A DNA stretch of 64,000 nt from Candidatus Bathyarchaeota archaeon RBG_16_48_13 (GCA_001775995.1 MEZH01000001.1:49468-113467); one strand, 5' to 3'. Shown: positions 9,886 through 19,380, counted from the stretch's first letter. Translations and numbers: made by a program. The notes: generated from the letters alone by a model not told the origin.

Positions 9886-10030
9886 TACCAGTGGGTAGTA
9901 TACCAGTGGTTTACCAGTGGTACCGGTAGGTACCTGTAGTATACCGGGGAGGATCCCGGAAGTACTGGTGGTACCGGGGGTGGTACCCAAAAATACCAGT
10001 GAAGTACCAGGGGCCCCAGCGAGTACCGAT
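9886..10030. repeat. Degenerate ~10-bp tandem array, consensus TACCRGTGG
   Basis: TACC/TACT starts at 9886, 9901, 9912, 9921, 9931, 9942, 9963, 9972, 9984, 9994, 10005 and 10024. Confidence 0.75.
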
Positions 10031-10132
10031 TAAGAGCTAAACGACACACTCAGCGATCCTATAGGTGGTTCTGGGGACTCTGAAGACCCCAATAGTGGTT
10101 CAACTGACGGTGAAGTGGGGTAAGGTACCAGG

Positions 10133-10440
10133 GTGGGACCACCCACCAGGTCAAACCAAGGGGCTGGGTACCGACCAGGCCTACCACCCAGGTTCGCCTT
10201 TGACCCTGCCTCCATTCTAACATATATCGACAAATACATTGACGAGAAACTCAAGAATGCGTTGAAGACAAGGGGTGCTGGGAGTTCCAAGTTCGAGGGG
10301 AGCGGACCGATGTACTACGAGGAGGATGGGATACGGGTCTGGGAAACAAAAGACAACAACGCGCGCGCTCGGCTGCTTATTAATGTATTGACCCCACGGA
10401 TTATGGCGGGCCCGGCAGGATTCGAACCCGCGACTTCAGG
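10133..10440 (+). mobile_element. Probable int(N) fragment of an SSV1-type integrase reading into tRNA-Arg (remnant of an integrated element)
   Basis: About 90 open codons run antisense into the tRNA 3' half as MAGPAGFEPATSGS, paralleling the DPPGFEPGTSGS att segment of SSV1 Int; no int(C) or second att seen. Confidence 0.45.
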
Positions 10441-10520
10441 CTCTCTCCACCTACAGAGGTGCCGAAGGCTTGCGCAATCTCTCCAGATTCTGCGCCCTAT
10501 CCTGACTAGGCAACGGGCCC
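10404..10520 (-). tRNA. tRNA-Arg(TCG) with introns at 29/30 and 37/38
   Basis: GGGCCCG acceptor; spliced arm CAGGC CT-TCG-GA GCCTG; BHB at both introns; CCA. Confidence 0.87.
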
Positions 10521-10625
10521 TAGAAATCTCTTTCATCAAGTGTTATGGCTATTTCAGACTTGAATCTATCGGTCTCATAGGATATCAATGTTTATTAACC
10601 AATTCTGCTCCATTCAGATTTTGGT

Positions 10626-10812
10626 CCCGAGGTAGCTCAGAGCTCACGGGAACAAAACCCTTGAACGGGTAACCTGGTAGAAAAGTGCCCAAGGTTGGGC
10701 CACGCCAAAAGCTTCCGGCTGTAGGCATTTGCCATGAAGTGCAAGTACTACTCAGCCTATCAGGCTAACAGATACCGGAGTGTCAGGTGTTCAATTCACC
10801 TCCTCGGGACCA
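10626..10812 (+). tRNA. tRNA-Tyr(GTA) with at least three introns (15/16, 22/23, 37/38)
   Basis: CCCGAGG/CCTCGGG acceptor with A73 and CCA; introns about 10641-10672, 10681-10709 and 10725-10773; arm TCCGG CT-GTA-GA CCGGA. Confidence 0.83.
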
Positions 10813-10978
10813 CATGTCAATATAAAAAAGATGAGTCCATAGATTTTCTTCGCTAATAGACAATAACCCAACGAAATAGGCATTATGTACCACCCCCAGC
10901 CTAGTCTAATAGAAAGTTTAAATATCTCATAGAGATTGCAGAAAAGGGATGTCGCTCTCCTATGGATAGGCTGAAAAC

Positions 10979-11491
10979 ATGAGGGGAAAATGTTACAGAT
11001 TTTCAAAAGGGATGGCATATACTAGAAAGAAGTACATCCACGGTTCGCCCCAGAACAAAATCTCCAAATTCACTATGGGAGACCCAGCGGGTAGCTTTGA
11101 CCTTCGGGCATCTTTGATAGTCTTGGATGGGGGCCAAATCCGCCATAACGCCTTGGAGGCAGCTAGAATCGCATCCAACAAGGTCTTATTTGATAAACTT
11201 GGAGAGAAGGGATATTGTTTAAGAATCATGGTTTACCCGCACATGATCCTCCGAGAGAATAAAATGATGGCATTCGCTGGAGCTGATCGACTTCAAGAGG
11301 GAATGAGAAAAGCATTTGGCAAACCTATAGGCAGCGCTGCGAGAGTTAAACCGGACCAGGTAATAATAATCTCAGAGGTACCCTCCGCGGCCTTGGATTT
11401 AGTTAAAGTATCAATGAGAGTTGGATCTTCCAAGATCCCTCTTCCATGCAGAGTTGAGATAGTCAAACTCGAGAAAGCCATCGCACCATGA
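10979..11491 (+). CDS. rpl16: 50S ribosomal protein uL16 (L10e)
   Basis: QIRHNALEAARI, YPHMILRENKM and GMRKAFGKP motifs. Confidence 0.95.
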   Translation: MRGKCYRFSKGMAYTRKKYIHGSPQNKISKFTMGDPAGSFDLRASLIVLDGGQIRHNALEAARIASNKVLFDKLGEKGYCLRIMVYPHMILRENKMMAFAGADRLQEGMRKAFGKPIGSAARVKPDQVIIISEVPSAALDLVKVSMRVGSSKIPLPCRVEIVKLEKAIAP

Positions 11492-11552
11492 TGCGACGCC
11501 GTCTTAAAAGGCTTCTTTATACATATATCTCTAGTCGGTGCATAACATATAG

Positions 11553-12542
11553 ATGTTTGAGTTGGAAGAAGAGAAGCTTCTTAGGAAACTGACAAAAATC
11601 GGCCCTAGACTCATTCTGATTCAGCTTCCTGAAGGCTTAAAGAAGGAAGGATTCACCCTAGCCCAGCTTATTGAGGGTAGAACCAATATCGATGTGGCGG
11701 TCTCTGCAGATCCCTGTTACGGCGGCTGTGATGTGGCGATAGATGAAGCCTTGCTTCTGGGAGCAGAGTTGGTAGTCCATTATGGTCACACGCCATTTCT
11801 GAGCAAGACAGAGATCCCCGTAATATATATGCGAGCAAAATCAAGAGTGAATGTTGCCAAAATCGTGAGAAAATCCATCCCCACCCTATCACCATACAAC
11901 GTGATAGGTTTGGTTGCAACTGCACAAAACGCAAGCAAATTGAAGGAAGTTAAGAGGATCCTCGAAGACGCTGGAAAAATAGTACGCATAGGCAAGAAGA
12001 GCGGCTTGGCAAAGATGGATGGCCAAATATTAGGTTGTGATTATTCGACAGCAAGATCCATCGTGAAATCCGTGGACGCCTTTCTTTTTGTAGGTGGTGG
12101 CGATTTTCATCCATTAGGATTGGCCATGAGAACGAGAAAAAAAGTCGTAGTAGCTGACCCTTATAGAAATCGAATAATAGATATGGAGAGTCTGGCAAGA
12201 ATTGCGCTAAATCAAAGATGGATGGCCATAGAAGAAGCCCGTAAAGCAAAGAGGTTTGGCATAATAATCGCGCTAAAGCTGGGTCAAAAGAAAATCTCTG
12301 ACGCTAACAAGATTCGGGAGAAGTTGAAAAGGAGTGGAAGGAACTCCGTGCTATTGGCGGCCAGAGAAGTGATCCCTGAAAGTCTGCTGAACTTTCAAGA
12401 CATCGAAGCGTTTGTGATAACCGCTTGTCCACGTATAGCTATTGATGACTCGCAAAGATTTTTGAAGCCCGTTCTAAACCAAGAGGAATTCTCCATAATG
12501 ATTGGAGAAAGACCATGGGAAGACTACACAGAGAAATGGTAA
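11553..12542 (+). CDS. dph2: Diphthamide biosynthesis radical-SAM enzyme Dph2
   Basis: QLPEGLK, DPCYGGCD, GQILGCD and ACPRI, with the three conserved Cys. Confidence 0.92.
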   Translation: MFELEEEKLLRKLTKIGPRLILIQLPEGLKKEGFTLAQLIEGRTNIDVAVSADPCYGGCDVAIDEALLLGAELVVHYGHTPFLSKTEIPVIYMRAKSRVNVAKIVRKSIPTLSPYNVIGLVATAQNASKLKEVKRILEDAGKIVRIGKKSGLAKMDGQILGCDYSTARSIVKSVDAFLFVGGGDFHPLGLAMRTRKKVVVADPYRNRIIDMESLARIALNQRWMAIEEARKAKRFGIIIALKLGQKKISDANKIREKLKRSGRNSVLLAAREVIPESLLNFQDIEAFVITACPRIAIDDSQRFLKPVLNQEEFSIMIGERPWEDYTEKW

Positions 12543-13180
12543 AAACCAATAAAAGTGGGCTCTCTAATATGCAGACCTTTAAAAAACGGAACCTGGAAAT
12601 GCTTCTAAGCACTCTAACGTCCTTCGAATGCCCAAGAATCATGCTGGAACAATATACAACACCTCCCAGAGTCGCATCTGAGATGCTCTTCCTGGCCGCT
12701 TTCATAAATGATGACATACGCGACAGGCGAGTTCTAGATTTAGGTAGCGGGAATGGATGTCTGGCAATAGGTGCAAAATTGACGGGAGCGAAGGAGGCCG
12801 TGGGGGTGGAAATTGACCCAAATATTATTAGATTAGCCATAGAAAATGCTAGAAAGATCGGCGTCAACATCGAATGGATTAATGCACCGATTGACGTTGT
12901 TCTTCCACCATTTGACACTATAATAATGAACCCCCCCTTTGGCACAAGAAGGGAACATACGGATAGAGAATTCCTTGAAAAGGCTATGGAAATAGGTGAA
13001 GTAATCTATTCTATCCACAAGACAAGTACAAGGGACTACCTAATCAAATATATTCATTCCATGAAGAGAAGAGTGGATACGTTACTTCAAATGAAACTAG
13101 AAATTCCTTACTTATATAAATTCCACACCAAGAGGAAGGGGTTGATTGAAGTTGATCTATTCAGAATAACGAGATCATAG
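12515..13180 (+). CDS. METTL5-family SAM-dependent methyltransferase
   Basis: LEQYTTP, LDLGSGNG, MNPPFG and IYSIHK motifs. Confidence 0.88.
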   Translation: MGRLHREMVKTNKSGLSNMQTFKKRNLEMLLSTLTSFECPRIMLEQYTTPPRVASEMLFLAAFINDDIRDRRVLDLGSGNGCLAIGAKLTGAKEAVGVEIDPNIIRLAIENARKIGVNIEWINAPIDVVLPPFDTIIMNPPFGTRREHTDREFLEKAMEIGEVIYSIHKTSTRDYLIKYIHSMKRRVDTLLQMKLEIPYLYKFHTKRKGLIEVDLFRITRS

Positions 13181-13302
13181 AGGAAAGGAAAGATCGGCGT
13201 AGATAAAGGTTAAAAGAGGCGACGCACCCTAAAAGACCGCTACTAACCTGATAAGTCTCTAATGAATTCTCATGGTAATGACCCTTTGTCTGAGGCAAGA
13301 AA

Positions 13303-13914
13303 TTGGACGACAATGGCATGCGTAAAAAGAAGCAAGGCACTCATAATGATAGAGAAAATGAAAAAACTCAGATAATTATCCCAGGAGACAAACTCGGCGT
13401 AATAGAAGAGTATGTGCCTGGTCAGGGCACATTCACGAATGATGGCAATATTATTTCCTCTGTGATAGGAAAGAAAGAGATATCTCCCAAGACTCGAAGT
13501 ATTTCCATCGGCCCAGCAAGGCCTCTAACAATGCCTACTCTTGGAAGCCTTGTTGAAGGCCAAGTTACCAGCGTTCAGGATAAGATGGCGAATATCCGTA
13601 TCCTAAAAGTTGGCGAAAAAATCCCATCAGGTTTCTTCACAGGTGTGATCCACATTTCCACAGCAAGTGACGACTACGTGAAAGTGATGCCTTTTGTGTG
13701 TAAACCAGGTGATATAGTGAGAGCGAAGGTCATAAGCGACAAGAATCGAACATATCAACTTTCCACAGCAGAGAAGAACCTGGGAGTGATACACGGTTTT
13801 TGTTCAAGATGTGGAGGTAGCCTATTCAAAAGAGGAAGAATCCTCCAATGTAACACCTGCCAGAATACCGAAGAAAGAAAGACCGCGAATGACTACGGAA
13901 ACGGTGCGCAGTAA
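13303..13914 (+). CDS. csl4: Exosome RNA-binding subunit Csl4
   Basis: PGDKLG...PGQGT, S1 domain, C-terminal CSRCGG...CNTC zinc ribbon. Confidence 0.92.
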   Translation: MDDNGMRKKKQGTHNDRENEKTQIIIPGDKLGVIEEYVPGQGTFTNDGNIISSVIGKKEISPKTRSISIGPARPLTMPTLGSLVEGQVTSVQDKMANIRILKVGEKIPSGFFTGVIHISTASDDYVKVMPFVCKPGDIVRAKVISDKNRTYQLSTAEKNLGVIHGFCSRCGGSLFKRGRILQCNTCQNTEERKTANDYGNGAQ

Positions 13915-13927
13915 GTGGAGGCAGAGG

Positions 13928-14227
13928 ATGAACATAAGAATCATAAGCAAAACTAAGAACAACGTGAAGATCGAGATTGAAGGTGAAGGTCATACCTTTT
14001 GTAATATTCTACAAAAAACTCTGCTTCTAGATCGGGACGTTGAATATGCGGGATACAATGTTCCTCATCCTCTTACAAATAACTCATTTGTAGAGTTGAA
14101 GGTCAAAGGTAGCAGGAAAGCAGAGAAAATACTGATCACTTCTGCCAAGAAGATTGGAGACGAGGCCAAGGAGTTCGAAGAGAAAATTGGAAAAGCTCTA
14201 GTTAAGTACTCGCCCAAAAACGAGTAA
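13928..14227 (+). CDS. rpoL: RNA polymerase subunit L (Rpo11)
   Basis: EGEGHTFCNIL and AGYNVPHPL motifs; start placed at ATG 13928. Confidence 0.93.
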   Translation: MNIRIISKTKNNVKIEIEGEGHTFCNILQKTLLLDRDVEYAGYNVPHPLTNNSFVELKVKGSRKAEKILITSAKKIGDEAKEFEEKIGKALVKYSPKNE

Positions 14228-14671
14228 GTGTCAATGCCCATCTTTCTGGAAGAGTACCTTCAAAAGAACTTGTTGAGATGTTCCATTCGAGAGATTCTTC
14301 TGGATAAAGAGTTAGCCCAGCTGGGCGACGCATACGTGAATTTCATTTACTCTCTCGCTCTATCTATTTCTGAAAGAAGACCGCTCGGAAAGAAGGTTTC
14401 CAGCGAGATCTTGGCAAACGCTATCAAGGAGAGCGATATCCGGCGGCTTCTACCCAGCGGATCTGATAGACATACTCAAGGAGATGCTGCTGAAGCATTA
14501 ATATTATGCTCATGGATAACTGACAGGGTGACTATTGAAGAAGCTGTCAGAATCTTGAGAAAAGAAGCTGACCCGGTAAAGGCGTTCAAAGGACTCCTAC
14601 TGCAAGTAATGAAAGAGTTCTCCGAGAAAGGTTTAAAAGAAAGAGTAAGCGAACCACTTCGCGAGTTGTAG
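14228..14671 (+). CDS. Archaeal RNase III-like domain protein
   Basis: LAQLGDAYVNF and GDAAEALI resemble the RNase III signature; located between rpoL and tfs. Confidence 0.7.
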   Translation: MSMPIFLEEYLQKNLLRCSIREILLDKELAQLGDAYVNFIYSLALSISERRPLGKKVSSEILANAIKESDIRRLLPSGSDRHTQGDAAEALILCSWITDRVTIEEAVRILRKEADPVKAFKGLLLQVMKEFSEKGLKERVSEPLREL

Positions 14672-14673
14672 CA

Positions 14674-15021
14674 ATGGATTTCTGTCCTAAGTGCGGGAGC
14701 AGACTTGTTCCGACGCCGAAGTCCGGGAAGAAGAAAGCTGCAGTAATATACGCGTGCCCGAAATGTGGATATGAAAAAGGGATTAGGGGCAGAGACGCTG
14801 AAGCTCTGCCAAAAGTAATAGAACATAGACCTCAAGAGCAGATAGCGGTCATAAGCCCTCAAGAGAATCCGCAGACCATGCCAACTATAAAAATAACGTG
14901 CCCTAAATGTCGCCATAATGAGGCTTCTTGGTGGCTTGTACAAACCCGCGGAGCTGACGAAAGCCCCACTCAATTCTATAGATGTATAAAATGTGGCTAC
15001 ACTTGGAGAGAGTATAGCTAG
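14674..15021 (+). CDS. tfs: Transcription factor S (TFIIS/RpoM-like)
   Basis: FCPKCGS, CPKC and QTRGADE...FYRCIKCG. Confidence 0.95.
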   Translation: MDFCPKCGSRLVPTPKSGKKKAAVIYACPKCGYEKGIRGRDAEALPKVIEHRPQEQIAVISPQENPQTMPTIKITCPKCRHNEASWWLVQTRGADESPTQFYRCIKCGYTWREYS

Positions 15022-15120
15022 AGCCAAGATGCGACCGAAAGAATTTAATCCTTTTTATGCTACTCTAGTTCCAGACTCAATCTGAATTGTAGACAAGCAG
15101 ACCTTTGGAGTGGAAAAGCT

Positions 15121-15876
15121 TTGTTCAGGATAAAGATGGAAGACGCCAAACTGTGGAAGAATCTCGTCTCGGCAATATCAACTCTCATAGACGAAGTCGG
15201 CTTCAACGCTACCCCTGATGGGATAGAATTGAGGGCTATGGATCCCAGCCACGTTGCCATGGTCGATTTCTATTGGCCTAAGATAGCCTTTGATGAGTAC
15301 GAATGTGACAGGACCACTAAAGTTGCTTTCAATGTAAAAGAGATGCTGAAATTACTCAGGAGAGTAAAAGGCGACGAAGACCTTGAGTTGACTCTAGATG
15401 AAAAGAGTGGAAAGATAGTAATCAAAATCAAAGGAAAATACCTTCGAATTTTCAACATAGCGATACTTGACATAACTTCAGAAGAAGTTCCTACTCCGAA
15501 AATATCATTCAATACTAAAGTCAAACTCACCACTGAAAATTTGCGAGAAGCATTTGACGATGCATCACTTGTCAGCGATAACATAAAACTGGAGAGCTCC
15601 CCTGGAAAACTGACCCTCAGGGCTTCAGGAGATACGGGTAGTGCAGTGATAGAGATGGACAAAGAAAGCGCCGCCTTGTTAGATATTGAGGTCAAAGAGA
15701 ATTCCAAGTCAACATTTAGCCTGAATTATCTATTCAATATAGTAAGGGAAGCGTCAAGTATCTCGGAGATAGTCACAATGGAATTCTCTAACAATATGCC
15801 AGTAAGATTAGATTTTGAGTTGCTTCAACAGGGAAAGCTATCCTACTATGTAGCCCCACGCATAGAGACAGAATGA
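15121..15876 (+). CDS. pcn: DNA sliding clamp PCNA
   Basis: AMDPSHVAMV and YYVAPRIE motifs. Confidence 0.95.
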   Translation: MFRIKMEDAKLWKNLVSAISTLIDEVGFNATPDGIELRAMDPSHVAMVDFYWPKIAFDEYECDRTTKVAFNVKEMLKLLRRVKGDEDLELTLDEKSGKIVIKIKGKYLRIFNIAILDITSEEVPTPKISFNTKVKLTTENLREAFDDASLVSDNIKLESSPGKLTLRASGDTGSAVIEMDKESAALLDIEVKENSKSTFSLNYLFNIVREASSISEIVTMEFSNNMPVRLDFELLQQGKLSYYVAPRIETE

Positions 15877-15901
15877 TGCAACATTAATAATAAAGTTGAG
15901 G

Positions 15902-17236
15902 TCACTTGGTCTGTTGGAAACCCTTGAAAAAGGGCATCTTTCGCCTTTTTAGAGACTTCATCATCTTCTTCATGGCGAAGTATTGCTGAATCATGTCTTT
16001 AACATCTTTCTCTGAGGTCCCCGATCCTCGGGAAACCCTCTTTACTCTTGGGGAGTTGAGGATCTTTGGCTCTTCTTTTTCTTCCCTGGTCATTGATTGG
16101 ATTATGAATCGCCATTTCTTGAGTCTCTCCTCTGCTACGTCCACGGCTTCATCTGGAACCTTGTACCCCAGTCCTGGAACCATCTTTAGAATCTGTTTGA
16201 ATGGCCCAACCTTCTGCATGGCTTCGAGCTGCTCATACATGTCCTCTAGGGTAAGCCTACCGCTAATGATGGCCTTAACCTTCTTCTCGGATGTCTCAAG
16301 TTTGGCTGTCTTGACCTTCTCCACTAAGCCTTCTATGTCACCCATTCCTAAGAGTCGCCCAACGAACTGAGAGGGAACAAATGCCTCTAAATTCTCTAAC
16401 CTTTCTCCTGTGCCAATGAACTTGATCGGTGCTCCTGTTACAGCTACGGCCGAAAGAGCGCCGCCACCTCTGGCTGAACCGTCAAGCTTAGAAACTATTA
16501 TCGATCCTATGGGTGTCGCTTCGTGAAAGGCTTTGGCTTGGGCCTCAGCTTGCTGGCCGATAGTACCGTCTATAACGAGAATAATCTCATCAGGCTTAAC
16601 AGCTTGAGACGTCATTTTCATGTCTTCTATCAGACTCTTTTCATCCTTATGCCTGCCCATTGTATCAATGAATACTATGTCCAACCCTTCTTGTCGAAAC
16701 TTTTCCAAACCCTGTTTTACTACCTTGACAGAGTCTTTCTCGGTTGAATCACCAAAGAGAGGTATGTTCACTTGGGATGCCAATTGCTTTAATTGTTGAT
16801 ATGCTCCCGGCCTGAATGTGTCTGCGCAGATAAGCCCTGTTTTGAACCCTCGTTTCTGATAGTACCGAGCTAACTTCGCTGTTGTGGTGGTCTTGCCCGA
16901 GCCCTGAACCCCAACCATCATAAATATATTCGTTCTACCTTGAGTGACGTCCAGTTTGGTAGTCTTTTCACCTAGAAAGTTTGTAAGCTCGTCGTAGACG
17001 ACTTTGACTACATGCTCTCGTCGCGCCACGCCTGGAGGTAAATCCTCTTTTAAGGCTTTTTCTTCTATCCTTCTTGATATCTGAAGAACCAATTCGACTT
17101 TTACATCTGCCTGAAGCAGGGCCCTTTGAAGATCTTTGACTAGTTCTTTTACTTGAGCCTCGTCGACTATCGTGGTCCTTAGAATTTTTCTCATGGCTTC
17201 ATATAGGGATGATCCCAATCTTTCTAGAGCAGCCAA
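15902..17236 (-). CDS. srp54: Signal recognition particle protein Srp54
   Basis: [30 protein letters not shown] and a Met-rich M domain. Confidence 0.96.
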   Translation of the reverse strand: MAALERLGSSLYEAMRKILRTTIVDEAQVKELVKDLQRALLQADVKVELVLQISRRIEEKALKEDLPPGVARREHVVKVVYDELTNFLGEKTTKLDVTQGRTNIFMMVGVQGSGKTTTTAKLARYYQKRGFKTGLICADTFRPGAYQQLKQLASQVNIPLFGDSTEKDSVKVVKQGLEKFRQEGLDIVFIDTMGRHKDEKSLIEDMKMTSQAVKPDEIILVIDGTIGQQAEAQAKAFHEATPIGSIIVSKLDGSARGGGALSAVAVTGAPIKFIGTGERLENLEAFVPSQFVGRLLGMGDIEGLVEKVKTAKLETSEKKVKAIISGRLTLEDMYEQLEAMQKVGPFKQILKMVPGLGYKVPDEAVDVAEERLKKWRFIIQSMTREEKEEPKILNSPRVKRVSRGSGTSEKDVKDMIQQYFAMKKMMKSLKRRKMPFFKGFQQTK

Positions 17237-17281
17237 ACTTGATCCTTCGTTCTGTAAGAATATGTAATGTTCTTAAGTGCG

Positions 17282-18016
17282 TTATGGTGGCAATCGTTTG
17301 GGAATTGCTACTGCCTTCTTTATGACAAAATATCCTGAATCATTGTGCCACAAGGTTTCAGACTCAAGAATTTTGATCCTATCCTTGAAAAGTGGACCAT
17401 CTAAGACAAAGGTTTCACCTTCCCCACCCTCAAAGCTAAGGTGTACCCCATATCTTTCTCGGATCTTCTTCAAATCTCGCAGACAATCATAATCGATCTT
17501 TCTTCCAAGCCATTCTCTTGTCAAGCCCCTTGCCATACATGCAGTTATAATTGTATCAAAGCCCATCGATATTTCCTCCATGATGAGTTGTTCAGGATCA
17601 CGTTGCCAAAGAGGGGCTATAGAAAAAAGACCTACTGTAGAACATATCTTATCTATTCTGGACTTCTGATAGTCACTCTCTATCGCCCCGCTTACAATGG
17701 AGTCTATTTTGAAGCGCCCCTTTACCTCTTCAATAGCAGCCTGTAGGTCTTTGAGTTCATTTTCTTTGTGACCTGTTGTCAATCTAGCCACTAGGGGTAT
17801 TTCTAATGCCTCAGCCTGCAACTGCGTATGTTGAACGTTAGGATAGTGAAACATCCACGATTCATTATTCTCAGGAATCAAAGTGATAAGAGCCCGGATT
17901 TCATTACCATTCTCTTTGGCGAGACATAGAGCATGATTTGAATCTTTTCCTCCAGAATAGAGAACAGCGGATTTCAAGTTATAATACCCTTTATGAGAAT
18001 TGAAGAACTCAGCCAT
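17282..18016 (-). CDS. dph6: Diphthine--ammonia ligase
   Basis: SGGKDS, GAIESDYQ and GEGGEGET-like motifs. Confidence 0.88.
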   Translation of the reverse strand: MAEFFNSHKGYYNLKSAVLYSGGKDSNHALCLAKENGNEIRALITLIPENNESWMFHYPNVQHTQLQAEALEIPLVARLTTGHKENELKDLQAAIEEVKGRFKIDSIVSGAIESDYQKSRIDKICSTVGLFSIAPLWQRDPEQLIMEEISMGFDTIITACMARGLTREWLGRKIDYDCLRDLKKIRERYGVHLSFEGGEGETFVLDGPLFKDRIKILESETLWHNDSGYFVIKKAVAIPKRLPP

Positions 18017-18956
18017 TCATTAATTGGGCCAATTGTAGAGCAGAGAGAACCATCAAAGGGAAAACGAATGTTGCGTCGCCTATGACAGTCACAAAGTTCC
18101 CTTTTCCTTTTATCTTTTTCCAAGATATCGCTTCTTCCAAGGGGGCACCGCTCAGACCGCCCCCCTCGGGTCTATCAAGAGTTATTTGAATAGCAGAGTC
18201 AACTCCATCTCTAAGGGTATTTATGTAAAGGGTATGGTGCTTTGGAAGACCTCCACCGATGATTATAACTCCCACTTTCTTAGCCGTAAATACGATATCA
18301 GACAATTTACGAAAGTCAGCCAAGGGATCGATTTTGATCATATTCAGCTGACTGTAGGTCCATATATGAAGACCTAACATGGAATCTAGAAAACCTGGTG
18401 CAAAGACCGAAACATTATGCTTCAGAGACTGGACTAGAATCGAATGTTGATCACTCAATCTCGAAGCCAATTCAGTAATAAGTTCAGATATGCCAATGCA
18501 TTCCTTCTTCTTTTTAGGAATCAAGTTAAGTATTCGGTAAAGTTCCTTTTCTAAACCAATGAAAGCACGCTGCTCCACGAATATGTCTCCAATCCTCCCA
18601 AGCTTCTTTTTCTTGAGCTCAACGTCGTCAGCAGAAAACGTTCCTATGTAGTGCCTATAACCCAAGGCCTCAATTATGTCGTGAACCAGATTGGCGCCAG
18701 TGCTTAATATTACGTTCACATACTCGTGTTCAACTAGATAGGATAAGACATTTCGCAAGCCACCAGGAACCATCGGACCAGCTAAAGAGAGGAAGACTGT
18801 GTAATCAGGATCGTTGAACATTTCAGCCATGATTTTGACCCCCTTAGCAAACCGTCCAGAACCCAATACGCTGCATTTTTCCATCTCTCCCACCAATTCC
18901 CTGAGGGTCATGTCCTCTTTGAAATGGAGCTGCTCTAGCGGTTTCATGAAATACAA
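18009..18956 (-). CDS. dys: Deoxyhypusine synthase
   Basis: TGANLVHD, GGGLPKHH and GGLSGAPLEEAISW; next to aIF5A. Confidence 0.93.
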   Translation of the reverse strand: MYFMKPLEQLHFKEDMTLRELVGEMEKCSVLGSGRFAKGVKIMAEMFNDPDYTVFLSLAGPMVPGGLRNVLSYLVEHEYVNVILSTGANLVHDIIEALGYRHYIGTFSADDVELKKKKLGRIGDIFVEQRAFIGLEKELYRILNLIPKKKKECIGISELITELASRLSDQHSILVQSLKHNVSVFAPGFLDSMLGLHIWTYSQLNMIKIDPLADFRKLSDIVFTAKKVGVIIIGGGLPKHHTLYINTLRDGVDSAIQITLDRPEGGGLSGAPLEEAISWKKIKGKGNFVTVIGDATFVFPLMVLSALQLAQLMNG

Positions 18957-18984
18957 CCTAATGTGATTCGCTTGATATGCCGGA

Positions 18985-19380
18985 TCACTGGCCTTTGATT
19001 CTCACTATTTTTATCCTATCTAGGACTTTCCAATATTCAACTTCTATGCCTGAAGCAAGTTTTGTTCTTATCTCCTCTTCGGGCATCTTGGAATCGAAGA
19101 TCCCATAGTTCTCAAGGTCCATTATTTGAATCTCGTTCTCACCAATGGATATGATTTGACCCGTCCTCTTCTCAATAAGTGGAACATCAACTCTGGCGTC
19201 GACAGGGCTGACGACGCTCTTCTTGGTTCCATCAAAGACCCCTATGGCTACCACCCGAGCTTTGGCTGCACCGTGCTTTCCCGGTTTGGATTTTTCGTAC
19301 TCAACGACGCGACATGGCTCACCATCTATTATTATGTAGCTACCGATCTTTACACTCCCTAGATCTACAGGTTTACTCAA
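18985..19380 (-). CDS. eif5a: Translation factor aIF5A
   Basis: KSKPGKHGAAKAR hypusine loop. Confidence 0.96.
   Translation of the reverse strand: MSKPVDLGSVKIGSYIIIDGEPCRVVEYEKSKPGKHGAAKARVVAIGVFDGTKKSVVSPVDARVDVPLIEKRTGQIISIGENEIQIMDLENYGIFDSKMPEEEIRTKLASGIEVEYWKVLDRIKIVRIKGQ

Noticed and set aside
7217-10130. Second att site or int(C) for the tRNA-Arg element
   Set aside because: No direct repeat of the tRNA-Arg 3' half and no tyrosine-recombinase motifs were found by eye; the similar sequence at 6833 is tRNA-Lys itself.
9700-10200. CRISPR array interpretation of the GTACC-rich region
   Set aside because: There are no identical 24-40 bp repeats separated by unique spacers; units are about 10 bp and degenerate, and no cas genes are present.
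9458-10290. Track ORFs 9458-9856, 9585-9767, 9808-9990, 9825-10049 and 10030-10290
   Set aside because: They overlap one another in several frames over repeat DNA, are P/G/V/T-biased, and show no recognisable domain.
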